Source: Flavobacteriales bacterium
Lineage (GTDB): Bacteria > Bacteroidota > Bacteroidia > Palsa-965
Direction: 5' to 3'
Assembly (NCBI GenBank): GCA_040377305.1
Contig: JBEIPA010000032.1
Span: forward strand, 1 to 59,255
Length of the DNA: 59,255 nt
Below are positions 1 to 9,237 of this stretch, one piece after another. Under the pieces are notes generated by a model that saw nothing but the letters and a program-made list of their open reading frames with translations, was not told where the DNA came from and made no database searches. How positions within the stretch are numbered: position 1 is the first letter of the stretch; the number at the start of each line of letters is the position of its first letter. The position numbers were made by a program, and so were the translations under genes.

Positions 1-2
1 CT

Positions 3-1625
3 TACCTGTGGACTCCGGGCAACCTCACCAACGCAACCGAACCAGGATTGCCGCAAGGAACTTACGTATGCGTTGTAACCGACGGTAACATGTGTACCGC
101 TTCTGCAACTACGACTATTACAGAACCAACTGCGATTGTTACCACAACTGCAGCGGTTGATGCGAACTGTAACCTGTCTGACGGATCTGTTTCTGCTAAC
201 GCAAACGGAGGGACCGGAACGATCACATACCAGTGGTTAAATGGTGGACCAGGTACTTTTGACTGGAACAACATACCAAGCGGAACGTACACTGTTGTTG
301 TTATGGATCAGAACGGATGTACTGATACGCTCACACAGGCTATACAAAACCTCAATGGTGTCAATGCTGTTTTGAATTCATCAACGAATCTCACTTGCTT
401 CAACGATGCAAGCGGTGCGATAGATATTGACGCAACTGGTGGTGTGGGTCCATACAGTTATTCATGGACACCAAACGTTTCTACCACCGATACAGCTTCC
501 GGTATTGCAGCGGGCAATTATTCAATTATTGTGACAGATCAATCGGGATGTACTTCCACCGTTACGGTTCTTGTTACTGAGCCTTCGCTTATGACGGTGC
601 AGGCAAGCGCAAACCCAACAACTGTGTGTGTAGGAACGCAAGTAACATTAAACAGTAATGCGGGTGGAGGAACCCCAGGTTACGTATTTGAATGGACTCC
701 TTCTCCACTGCCGCTAATTGGGCAAACACAAAACATTGTTCCTCTGGCGACCACGACTTATACTGTAACTGTAACAGATGCTAACGGATGCACGGCAACG
801 TCACCAATCCTGGTAACGGTTAATCCGCTACCAACACCATTGTTCCAGGGAGATATTCTTCAGGGATGTGCGCCTGTCTGTGTGAACTTCTCTGATCTAA
901 CAACTGTAGCCTCAGGAACAATCACCGGCTGGTCGTGGGATTTTGGTGACAACACAACATCCACACAGCAGAACCCACCACAACATTGCTACACAACACC
1001 TGGTGTTTATACGGTGATTCTTACTGTCACTACAAACTCCGGATGTACACAAACCATTACGATGGCGAACTACATCACTGTGTTTGAAAATCCAATTGCA
1101 GCATTTGGTGCGGGTCCGCAGCCTACAACCATTCTGAATCCGACAATTCAGTTTACAGATTCATCGTACCTCGCAGCATCGTGGTTGTGGAATTTCGGTG
1201 ACGTGATTAACTCTTCGTCTACCGATCAGAATCCATCGTTCACATACCCTGAGCCGGATTGTTACCTCGTTGAACTTGAAGTAACCTCCCCTGATGGATG
1301 TACTGATACCGATACGCAAACCGTTTGCATCGCACCTGATGTGTCCATTTACGTTCCGAACACATTCACTCCGGATGATAACGGACTGAACGATATCTTC
1401 AACGTAGTATCAATCGGACTCGATCCAGGCAACTTCGAGATGTGGATTTTCGATCGCTGGGGTAATATGATTTATTACACTGATGAGCTAGACGAAGGTT
1501 GGGACGGACGTGTACAGGGTGAAGATGAAATCTGCCAGATCGATACCTATGTATGGAAGATTAAAGCGCAAGACGTGTTGGGCAATAAGCACAACCTCAT
1601 TGGTCATGTTAACCTGATCAAATAA
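3..1625 (+). CDS. T9SS type-B (CHU_C / gliding-motility-associated C-terminal domain) surface protein with SprB-like repeats and PKD domains; 5'-truncated by window edge
   Basis: Frame is open from position 3 (YLWTPG...), so the TTG at 48 is not the true start. GxYxVxVTDxNGC repeats, PKD motifs (WSWDFGD, WLWNFGD) and C-terminal 'IYVPNTFTPDDNGLND...IFDRWG...GWDG...GHVNLIK'. Confidence 0.9.
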   Translation, partial: YLWTPGNLTNATEPGLPQGTYVCVVTDGNMCTASATTTITEPTAIVTTTAAVDANCNLSDGSVSANANGGTGTITYQWLNGGPGTFDWNNIPSGTYTVVVMDQNGCTDTLTQAIQNLNGVNAVLNSSTNLTCFNDASGAIDIDATGGVGPYSYSWTPNVSTTDTASGIAAGNYSIIVTDQSGCTSTVTVLVTEPSLMTVQASANPTTVCVGTQVTLNSNAGGGTPGYVFEWTPSPLPLIGQTQNIVPLATTTYTVTVTDANGCTATSPILVTVNPLPTPLFQGDILQGCAPVCVNFSDLTTVASGTITGWSWDFGDNTTSTQQNPPQHCYTTPGVYTVILTVTTNSGCTQTITMANYITVFENPIAAFGAGPQPTTILNPTIQFTDSSYLAASWLWNFGDVINSSSTDQNPSFTYPEPDCYLVELEVTSPDGCTDTDTQTVCIAPDVSIYVPNTFTPDDNGLNDIFNVVSIGLDPGNFEMWIFDRWGNMIYYTDELDEGWDGRVQGEDEICQIDTYVWKIKAQDVLGNKHNLIGHVNLIK

Positions 1626-1646
1626 TTAACTAAGCGATTAGATTAT

Positions 1647-1679
1647 AGCCTCCGAAGAACTTCTGTCGGAGGCTTTTTT
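1647..1679 (+). terminator. Rho-independent terminator
   Basis: AGCCTCCGA-loop-TCGGAGGCT followed by T run, just after the stop at 1625. Confidence 0.85.
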
Positions 1680-1726
1680 ATTCCCGCCTACCTTGAGTAT
1701 CTTAGGTGCCGGTTAAACCTTAAAAA

Positions 1727-3346
1727 ATGAAACACGGTTACAAAGGAATTCTTGTAATGGCTTTTAGCGCTGTTACAATCATGCTGAGTGCACAACCAGC
1801 TATTGAATGGGGAAATCGTTACAACGCACCTCCGGATATGGCTGATGAAGCGTACGATATTGCAGTAGATCCTGCAGGAAATGTATACGTTACCGGATCT
1901 GCATTCAACAGCAGCGCAAATCTCGATGCAGTAACAATCAAGTACGATGCGAACGGAAACCAGCTTTGGGTGCGGAACTTCGATCGCGGAATCAGCGATA
2001 ACGATTTTGCAAAATCAATTGCACTTGACGCCGCTGGGAATGTGTACATCACCGGTTTTAGCTCCGGAACTGGCACATCTGCAGATGTACTGACTGTTAA
2101 ATATGACAACAGCGGAACTCAACAATGGGCTATGTTCTATGATGGTCAACATAGCCACATGGACGAAGGCAAATCAATTGCAGTTGATGCGAGCGGAAAT
2201 GTTTTCGTATGTGGTTACACGAGCGACTCTATGTACTTGTATGATGCATTAACGATTTGTTACAACACCGCAGGAACGCAGCAATGGGCGCAAATATTTG
2301 ATGGTGTAGCAGGAAATAACGACGAGCTTCTCGATATCGCGATTGATGGATCATCGAACGTTTATGTTACTGGCAACACTACCGACACCATGTACATTGC
2401 TGATATTCTCACCATCAAATACAATTCAGCTGGAACACAGCAATGGTTGCAGACACACGGTACACTTCCTAATGGAGACTTCGGAAAAGCAATTGCACTC
2501 GACCTAAACGGAAATGTTATTGTGGGTGCGCAAAGTGGTTTACCGGGCAACTGGTTCGATTATCTCTGTGTTAAATATTCTACCGGCGGAACATTCCAAT
2601 GGGAAGCGCGTTACAACAATGGAAGTAACCGCTACGAAGATGTGTGGGAAGTGTGTACAGATAACGCGGGTTTCGTATACATCACAGGACAAAGTCAGTC
2701 GACCGGAAACAATTCTGCTCCCAACGATATTGCAACTTTGAAATACACCCCGGCCGGAAATGAGGTTTGGCTGCGTCGCTTCGATGGTGGTTTTAGTAGC
2801 GGTGATGACCGTGGATATGCGATGGTACTCGACGACACTGCGAATGTTTATGTTGCCGGCTACAGCAAAAACGCAACGAATAACGATTACATCACACTAA
2901 AATATGACAGTGCAGGAACACTCGAATTCGATTTGCGTTTCAATAGTCAATACAACGGAACCGATCAGGTGAATGCTATCGCCGTACAAGGAGGTAACAT
3001 TTATGTAACCGGTCGCTCGGCTAATTCCGCCAACGAAGATTACTTCACGATCAAGTACAGCTATGCAGCTGTCGGTATCAACGAAAGCAATTCCGTTGTT
3101 TCACTCTCTGCTTATCCAGTTCCTGCAAATACAGTCTTGAATGTAAATTTGGCTGCAATTGCGGATTCAAAATCCAAATTCGTCATTACAGATTTGTCAG
3201 GCCGCGTTGTGATCAGCGAACCAGTTACTCCTATGACCACGATTCAGCAAATCGACATTGGTGAACTTGCCGAAGGAACATACTCTTTATGCCTGATTGG
3301 GGCAGACGGAAGCCTTCTTTCGAGCCAGCTGATAGTGAAGAATTAA
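1727..3346 (+). CDS. SBBP-repeat beta-propeller protein with T9SS type-A sorting domain
   Basis: Signal peptide; repeated 'IAVDxxGNVYVTG...TIKYDxxGxQxW' units; C-terminal 'YPVPA...ITDLSGR...GTY' CTD. Confidence 0.88.
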   Translation: MKHGYKGILVMAFSAVTIMLSAQPAIEWGNRYNAPPDMADEAYDIAVDPAGNVYVTGSAFNSSANLDAVTIKYDANGNQLWVRNFDRGISDNDFAKSIALDAAGNVYITGFSSGTGTSADVLTVKYDNSGTQQWAMFYDGQHSHMDEGKSIAVDASGNVFVCGYTSDSMYLYDALTICYNTAGTQQWAQIFDGVAGNNDELLDIAIDGSSNVYVTGNTTDTMYIADILTIKYNSAGTQQWLQTHGTLPNGDFGKAIALDLNGNVIVGAQSGLPGNWFDYLCVKYSTGGTFQWEARYNNGSNRYEDVWEVCTDNAGFVYITGQSQSTGNNSAPNDIATLKYTPAGNEVWLRRFDGGFSSGDDRGYAMVLDDTANVYVAGYSKNATNNDYITLKYDSAGTLEFDLRFNSQYNGTDQVNAIAVQGGNIYVTGRSANSANEDYFTIKYSYAAVGINESNSVVSLSAYPVPANTVLNVNLAAIADSKSKFVITDLSGRVVISEPVTPMTTIQQIDIGELAEGTYSLCLIGADGSLLSSQLIVKN

Positions 3347-3365
3347 GTCATTTTAAGGGCATTTT

Positions 3366-3393
3366 AAGGGGTGGAGAAATCCACCCCTTTTTT
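3366..3393 (+). terminator. Rho-independent terminator
   Basis: AAGGGGTGGA-GAAA-TCCACCCCTT plus T run. Confidence 0.85.
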
Positions 3394-3394
3394 A

Positions 3395-3424
3395 TTGACT
3401 TTAAACGGATTTGGTATACCTTTG
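3395..3424 (+). promoter_or_regulatory. Bacteroidota sigma-A promoter (-33 TTG / -7 TACCTTTG)
   Basis: TTG at 3395-3397, 19-nt spacer, TACCTTTG at 3417-3424, matching the TTG-N19-TAnnTTTG consensus. Confidence 0.75.
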
Positions 3425-3486
3425 AATATAGTGCTGTGTAGTGTCGGCAAACACCACTGCAGCAACATGTTGCTAAGACCTGTCTC

Positions 3487-6400
3487 ATGAAGAAATTCGT
3501 ACTCGTATTTTGTGTACTTGCGATGGTATTTTTCATACCCTCACTTCACGCACAAACTTTTGGATCGACTGTTTGTCCGATTAACGCCGGAGCAGATCAA
3601 ACGATCTGTGCACCTAACTGTGCGAACCTTTCGGGAACTTATACAAATAGTAATACGCCCGGTACCGGTGCTAATGCTTATACGGTAGGCGCAATTCCAT
3701 ACGCACCGGATCCGTTCAATGTAGGAACACAACTTTTCCTGGCTGACGATCAGTGGTCAGGTGTGATCGCATTGCCTTTTCCTTTTTGCTTTTACGGTAC
3801 AACGTACAACACCTGTCTGATCGGATCGAACGGTCTTCTCACATTCAACGTAGGAACACCTAACGGTTATTGCCCTTGGCCAATTCCCGCTGCGAACGCA
3901 CCGAATGGAGGCTACGGTTGGTCAAATGGTATTGGTGGTCCGTGGCAGGATTTATATGCGTCAATCGGTGGTCAGATTCGTTACACAACTTATGGTACTG
4001 CACCTTGTCGTCGCTTCGTTGCCAGCTGGTATCAAGTGCCAATGTATGGCTGCACAGGAACACTCCTTACACAACAAATTACTTTGTACGAAACGACAAA
4101 CGTAATTGACAACTTCATTCAGGTGCGTCAAGGTTGCAGCTGGAATGGCGGACGAGCTGTTCAGGCTGTAATGAACAATGGCGGAACACAAGCTGTAGTT
4201 GTTGCAGGTCGTAATGCTACTAACGCAAACTGGACTACCAACAACGATGGTCGTCGTTACATTCCAAATGGAGCAACGAATGTTGTTGTAGGATGGTATC
4301 AAGGTGCAGTATTAGTTCAGGCGGGTGCAACTGCAACGGTTTGTCCAAATACAACGACTACTTACACGTTCCAGGCTGTCTACACAAACTGCAATGGATC
4401 TACTGTTGTTGTCAGCGATCAAGTGATTGTTAATGCCAGCAGTCTTGCGGTTACTGCAGCTCCTGCAACACAAACTATTTGTAATGGCGGAAATGCAAAC
4501 CTCACGGCGAACGCAGCGGGAGCAATCAGTTGGCAGTGGAATATTATTCCGGGCAACGCATTCGTGAGTAACCAGCAAAACCCGACGGTCAGTCCGACGG
4601 TCACTACAACCTATGTCGTCACGGCCACCGATGCGGCCGGTTGTCAGGGATTAGATACAATACAGGTCGTCGTCAGTGCAATGACAACTCAAGATGCCGG
4701 GCCTAACGATACCGTCTGTTCCGGTGCATGCACTATGCTCACTGCTACGGGTGGTATTACTTATGTGTGGTCGCCAAGCCCATTCCTGACACCGCCATTG
4801 AATACGGCCTCGGTGAACGCATGTCCAACCGGTACTACAATTTTTTACGTGACTGTAACTGATGCTAATGGTTGCACGGGAGTAGATAGTGTTACCGTAT
4901 TTGTTGCGAACACGGTCCTTTCTGTGGCATCACTTGGAACAAACGTTACCTGTAATGGTGCGTGCGACGGAACGGGTTCTGCTGCGGCGAATGGCGGTTT
5001 CCCTCCGTACCAATACACGTGGTCGAACGCCATGAACGGTGCTAACATTTCCAACCTGTGCGCCGGACCTTACACTGTAACTGTAACCGACGCTATTGGA
5101 TGTACGGCAACTGCCTCTATCAACATTACGGAACCTACTGCACTTGATGTTCAGGCAACGAATATTTCAACTGCGAACTGCGGACAGAATGATGGTTCCG
5201 TTACGATTTCTATCACCGGTGGTATTCCTAATTACCAGATACTTTGGTCTACTGGTGGAAACGGTTTAACTGAAAGCAATTTGGCTTCGGGACCTGTGAC
5301 CGTGACTGTCACCGATGCGAATGGTTGTGATACGACATTAACATTCAACGTACCAAACACACCAGGTGCAACGGTTGTCATCAGCTCATTCAATAACGTT
5401 ACGTGCTTCAGTGCATGCGATGGCGATGCTAATGCACTAGGTGGTGGTGGTACGGCACCTTATAATTATTCATGGAATACAGTTCCGGTTCAGAATACTG
5501 CAACTGCAACCAACCTATGTCCGGGAACATACACGATAACAATGGTTGATGCGGTAGGTTGTTCGGATACTGCTCAGGTCACTATTACAGAACCACCACA
5601 GCTCACGTTGATCGTTGGTACAGCTGCGACAATTTGCATTGGACAGAGCGCGAACTTAACTGCCCAAGGTAATGGTGGTACACCAATGTACATATACGCG
5701 TGGACTGATGGTGTAAACAATTGGGTCGTTCAGAACCCAACTGTTTCTCCGACAGTAACAACTACATATTCATGCATTGTGACTGACGCTAACAATTGTA
5801 CATCTTCGATTCAGAGTGTAACGATTACAGTCAATCCACCATTAGCGGTTAACGCCATTACGACGCAGATTGCTTGTCAGAACACGCAAGTGAATCTCTC
5901 AGCAGTTGCTGCAGGTGGTAACGGTAACTACACCTATACATGGACACCTGGACCATTAATGGGTTCGAATGTGACAGTAACTGCAACTCAGAATCAAACC
6001 TATACGGTAACTGTAACAGACAATTGCGGAACTCCGCTTGCGACTGACACGGTGTCTGTGCTGATTAACCCTGCGCCGATTCCGTCATTCACTACTTCGA
6101 CTCCTGCGCAAGGATGCGAACCTTTGTGTGTAACCTTTGTGAACACGACACCGAATACTGCAACATTGACGTGGACATTCGGAAATAACATTGGAACGTC
6201 TACATCAAGTCCGGCTAACTTCTGCTTTAATACAGCGGGCAGTTATGATGTTACTTTAACCGTTACAGACATTATCGGCTGCACAGGTACAACGACGATG
6301 ATGAACTATGTTACGGTTTGGCCGAATCCAATTGCAGATTTCTCTGCAAATCCAAATCCAGCAACTGAACTAAACAATATTGTGCAGTACACAGATCTTT

Positions 6401-6855
6401 CAGTTGGTGCGGTTTCGTGGGTATGGAGTTTTGGCGGTGACTCGGGAGCTTCAACTCAACAGAACCCACTTTACACATGGGATACAACAGGTACTTACCT
6501 CGTGCACCTGTACGTTGAGAATTCTTACGGATGCTGGGATACAATCTCTATTCCGCAGGTTGTGCAGGAAGACTACGCATTGTTTATTCCAAATACATTC
6601 ACACCAAATGGAGACGGGCACAATGATTTATTCTTCCCACAAGGAATCGGAATCGATGCTGAGCATTACACGATGTACATCTTTGATCGTTGGGGCAATT
6701 TAATTTATCAGACAAGCACCTGGCCTGGCGGATGGGATGGAACCGTTCAAGGCAAAGGTGAATGTCAGATTGATACGTACGTTTACAAAATTGCCACACA
6801 GGATGGAAACCGCGCGAAGCGTGTGTACATCGGACACGTGAATTTGATTCGATAG
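3487..6855 (+). CDS. Large T9SS type-B adhesin-like protein (N-terminal globular domain, Ig-like/SprB repeats, PKD domains, CHU_C CTD)
   Basis: Signal peptide; repeated 'TTYxVTxTDxxGC' and 'VTCxGACDG' units; PKD-like 'WSFG'; C-terminal 'FIPNTFTPNGDGHND...IFDRWG...GWDG...GHVNLIR'. Confidence 0.9.
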   Translation: MKKFVLVFCVLAMVFFIPSLHAQTFGSTVCPINAGADQTICAPNCANLSGTYTNSNTPGTGANAYTVGAIPYAPDPFNVGTQLFLADDQWSGVIALPFPFCFYGTTYNTCLIGSNGLLTFNVGTPNGYCPWPIPAANAPNGGYGWSNGIGGPWQDLYASIGGQIRYTTYGTAPCRRFVASWYQVPMYGCTGTLLTQQITLYETTNVIDNFIQVRQGCSWNGGRAVQAVMNNGGTQAVVVAGRNATNANWTTNNDGRRYIPNGATNVVVGWYQGAVLVQAGATATVCPNTTTTYTFQAVYTNCNGSTVVVSDQVIVNASSLAVTAAPATQTICNGGNANLTANAAGAISWQWNIIPGNAFVSNQQNPTVSPTVTTTYVVTATDAAGCQGLDTIQVVVSAMTTQDAGPNDTVCSGACTMLTATGGITYVWSPSPFLTPPLNTASVNACPTGTTIFYVTVTDANGCTGVDSVTVFVANTVLSVASLGTNVTCNGACDGTGSAAANGGFPPYQYTWSNAMNGANISNLCAGPYTVTVTDAIGCTATASINITEPTALDVQATNISTANCGQNDGSVTISITGGIPNYQILWSTGGNGLTESNLASGPVTVTVTDANGCDTTLTFNVPNTPGATVVISSFNNVTCFSACDGDANALGGGGTAPYNYSWNTVPVQNTATATNLCPGTYTITMVDAVGCSDTAQVTITEPPQLTLIVGTAATICIGQSANLTAQGNGGTPMYIYAWTDGVNNWVVQNPTVSPTVTTTYSCIVTDANNCTSSIQSVTITVNPPLAVNAITTQIACQNTQVNLSAVAAGGNGNYTYTWTPGPLMGSNVTVTATQNQTYTVTVTDNCGTPLATDTVSVLINPAPIPSFTTSTPAQGCEPLCVTFVNTTPNTATLTWTFGNNIGTSTSSPANFCFNTAGSYDVTLTVTDIIGCTGTTTMMNYVTVWPNPIADFSANPNPATELNNIVQYTDLSVGAVSWVWSFGGDSGASTQQNPLYTWDTTGTYLVHLYVENSYGCWDTISIPQVVQEDYALFIPNTFTPNGDGHNDLFFPQGIGIDAEHYTMYIFDRWGNLIYQTSTWPGGWDGTVQGKGECQIDTYVYKIATQDGNRAKRVYIGHVNLIR

Positions 6856-6865
6856 ATTTTGTTTT

Positions 6866-6902
6866 AAAAAGACTCCCGGTAAATTCCGGGAGTCTTTTTT
6901 TT
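6866..6902 (+). terminator. Rho-independent terminator (potentially bidirectional)
   Basis: AAAAAGACTCCCGG-loop-CCGGGAGTCTTTTTTTT. Confidence 0.9.
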
Positions 6903-7067
6903 ACTACTTAGCATCTTAAACTTAGGCCGCTTCCAACCGGTACAGCGACCCGATTTACGTAGCACAACAATGGAAAGTCGGCCGAACGCGACTGTCAGGT
7001 GATCGGAAACAAATGCCTGATTAAACTCAGAATATCAGTTAACCACAAAGGAACTTCTGCGTTTTTT

Positions 7068-7111
7068 GCCAATGAAACTTCTTGCTTTTCATTGGCGATA
7101 TTATATATTTG
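7068..7111 (+). promoter_or_regulatory. Sigma-A promoter of the first collagen-like gene overlapped by a 10-bp inverted repeat (candidate operator)
   Basis: TTG 7082-7084, 19-nt spacer, TATATTTG 7104-7111. GCCAATGAAA (7068-7077) and TTTCATTGGC (7087-7096) flank the -33 box. Confidence 0.7.
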
Positions 7112-7148
7112 TTATGTATGAGACTTCCCTAACGTTTCTACATAACCC

Positions 7149-9137
7149 ATGAAAAAAATCATTACGTTATTTGCTACGGCAATGTTCCTGTCTGCTGGCA
7201 TCAATGCACAAAACAATGCTGGCCTTGGAACCACTACTCCAAATGCTTCTTCAATTCTTGAAATGCAGTCCACCACGCAAGGTGTGCTCGTTCCGCGAAT
7301 GACTGCGGTACAGCGTCTGGCTGTTCCCGTGAACGCAACTACTGAAGGTTTGTTGGTGTATGACCTGGATTCTCTCTGCTTCTTCTATTACAAAGTTTCA
7401 ACGGGGTGGACATCGCTTTGCAATTCAGGTGGTGGTACAGGACCAACTGGTCCTGCGGGTCCTCCAGGTGCGAACGGGTCTTCGGGAACAAACGGAATCT
7501 CGTGCTGGGATTTAAACTCTAACGGAGTGAACGATCCAGGAGAGGATATCAATAGCGATGGTAACTGGGATGGACTTGACTGTCAAGGTGCAGTTGGTGC
7601 GGCTGGTCCGGCCGGAGCGAACGGAACAAATGGAATTTCCTGCTGGGACTTGAACGGAAACGGTGTTCAGGATCCTGCTGAAGATATTAATACTGATGGT
7701 AACTGGAACGCTGCCGATTGTGCTGGTGCTACCGGAGCTACTGGTGCTGCTGGTGCACCGGGCGCGCCTGGTGTTGCTGGTCCTACCGGAGCTTCTGGAA
7801 TAAACGGAACGAATGGAGTAACAGGACCAACTGGTCCTATCGGTCCTACAGGTCCCACAGGGTTTGGTGTAGGCCCAACTGGTCCAACTGGTGCAAACGG
7901 AACTAACGGTGCAGCCGGTCCTGCGGGTCCTGCTGGTCCTGCCGGTGCTGCTGGTCCTACCGGCGCTGCTGGTGCTGCTGGCCCAATCGGTCCTGCTGGT
8001 CCTGCTGGTCCTGCTGGTCCTACCGGCGCTGCTGGTGCTGCTGGTCCTGTTGGTGCTGCTGGTCCTGCCGGTGCTGCTGGCGCAACGGGTCCTACCGGTC
8101 CAACGTGGACCATCACTTCAACGAATTACGATACAGATGGAAATTTGGTAATCAATACTTCCATACCATCTACAATCACTTCTACTAACCGCGCATGGAT
8201 ATTAGGTGGTAACGCTAATGCTGCGACTGAAAGTTTTGGTACAACCACTGCTCAGCATGTCGACCTCATATCCAACAATATTGTTCGTGGTCGTTTATCC
8301 AACGTTGGGGAGTTCTTTATCGGAACTACGGTAACTGCATTGGCTGGCGATTTGATGAACGGTGTAAGCAACGCAGCATTCCCTTGGGCTATCAATGGTT
8401 ATTCTAACCAAAATGGTAGCGGTGTTTATGGTTCTGTTACTGCGGGTGGTACTCAGTTCGGTGGAGTGCAAGGCGAGTATTTCGGTACTAACGCTATTGG
8501 TGCTGGTGTTCGCGGTATATGCGGTGCTGGAAATCAATTAGGAGTGAACGGACAAAACGTTGCAGTAACAACTGGTTGGTCAGGATTATTTCAGGGTGAT
8601 TTAGGATACACTGGATTCTTTGGTGTTGCCTCCGACGCTAAGCTCAAGAAAAACATTCAGACGATTGATAATCCAATGGGCATGATCATGCAAATGCGTG
8701 GCGTGACCTACGAGCACCGTCTGGATCAATATCCTGACCTTGGACTGAAGACAGGAACTAACTACGGATTCATTGCGCAGGAAATTGAAATTGTTGCACC
8801 CGATTTAGTGCGTACAAAGACTCTACCTCATATTAATTCAACCAATCGTGGTACTTCGAGTGCTCCAGGTGGTTCCAATGAAACAGTGAAAACCGTTAGC
8901 TACATTGAGGTTGTTCCGATTCTTTTGGAAGGAATCAAACAACAGCAGATGATGATCGATTCACTGAAAACTTCTGTGGAGGAACAACAAAAGAAAATTG
9001 AGCAACTTGAACAGCAAATTAGAATCGGTAATGGACAAGGGTACAATTCTCCTTCCCAGAGCCAACCTGACGCTGGCAATCCTGCACAAGCGGATAAGCC
9101 TGATCCACAACAAGTTGTAGTGGTTGACCCCAAATAG
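7149..9137 (+). CDS. Secreted collagen-like fibre protein with C-terminal Peptidase_S74-type intramolecular chaperone and coiled coil
   Basis: Signal peptide; '[18 protein letters not shown]' N-domain; Gly-X-Y runs interrupted by two CWDLNxNG...DINxDGxW...C motifs; '[12 protein letters not shown]...YGFIAQE...[18 protein letters not shown]'. Confidence 0.85.
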   Translation: MKKIITLFATAMFLSAGINAQNNAGLGTTTPNASSILEMQSTTQGVLVPRMTAVQRLAVPVNATTEGLLVYDLDSLCFFYYKVSTGWTSLCNSGGGTGPTGPAGPPGANGSSGTNGISCWDLNSNGVNDPGEDINSDGNWDGLDCQGAVGAAGPAGANGTNGISCWDLNGNGVQDPAEDINTDGNWNAADCAGATGATGAAGAPGAPGVAGPTGASGINGTNGVTGPTGPIGPTGPTGFGVGPTGPTGANGTNGAAGPAGPAGPAGAAGPTGAAGAAGPIGPAGPAGPAGPTGAAGAAGPVGAAGPAGAAGATGPTGPTWTITSTNYDTDGNLVINTSIPSTITSTNRAWILGGNANAATESFGTTTAQHVDLISNNIVRGRLSNVGEFFIGTTVTALAGDLMNGVSNAAFPWAINGYSNQNGSGVYGSVTAGGTQFGGVQGEYFGTNAIGAGVRGICGAGNQLGVNGQNVAVTTGWSGLFQGDLGYTGFFGVASDAKLKKNIQTIDNPMGMIMQMRGVTYEHRLDQYPDLGLKTGTNYGFIAQEIEIVAPDLVRTKTLPHINSTNRGTSSAPGGSNETVKTVSYIEVVPILLEGIKQQQMMIDSLKTSVEEQQKKIEQLEQQIRIGNGQGYNSPSQSQPDAGNPAQADKPDPQQVVVVDPK

Positions 9138-9155
9138 TTTTCACGTAAAATTTTC

Positions 9156-9187
9156 AATCCCGGCCCAATTAGCCGGGATTTGTTTTT
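9156..9187 (+). terminator. Rho-independent terminator between the two collagen-like genes
   Basis: AATCCCGGC-loop-GCCGGGATT followed by TGTTTTT. Confidence 0.7.
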
Positions 9188-9237
9188 GATCGAAAATGGG
9201 TTATTTTTGCTTCCTTCTGAACTTAGCATATTCCCCA

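Noticed and set aside
7667-8116. Antisense 149-aa collagen-like ORF
   Set aside because: A mirror of the Gly/Pro/Ala codons on the sense strand; no independent signals.
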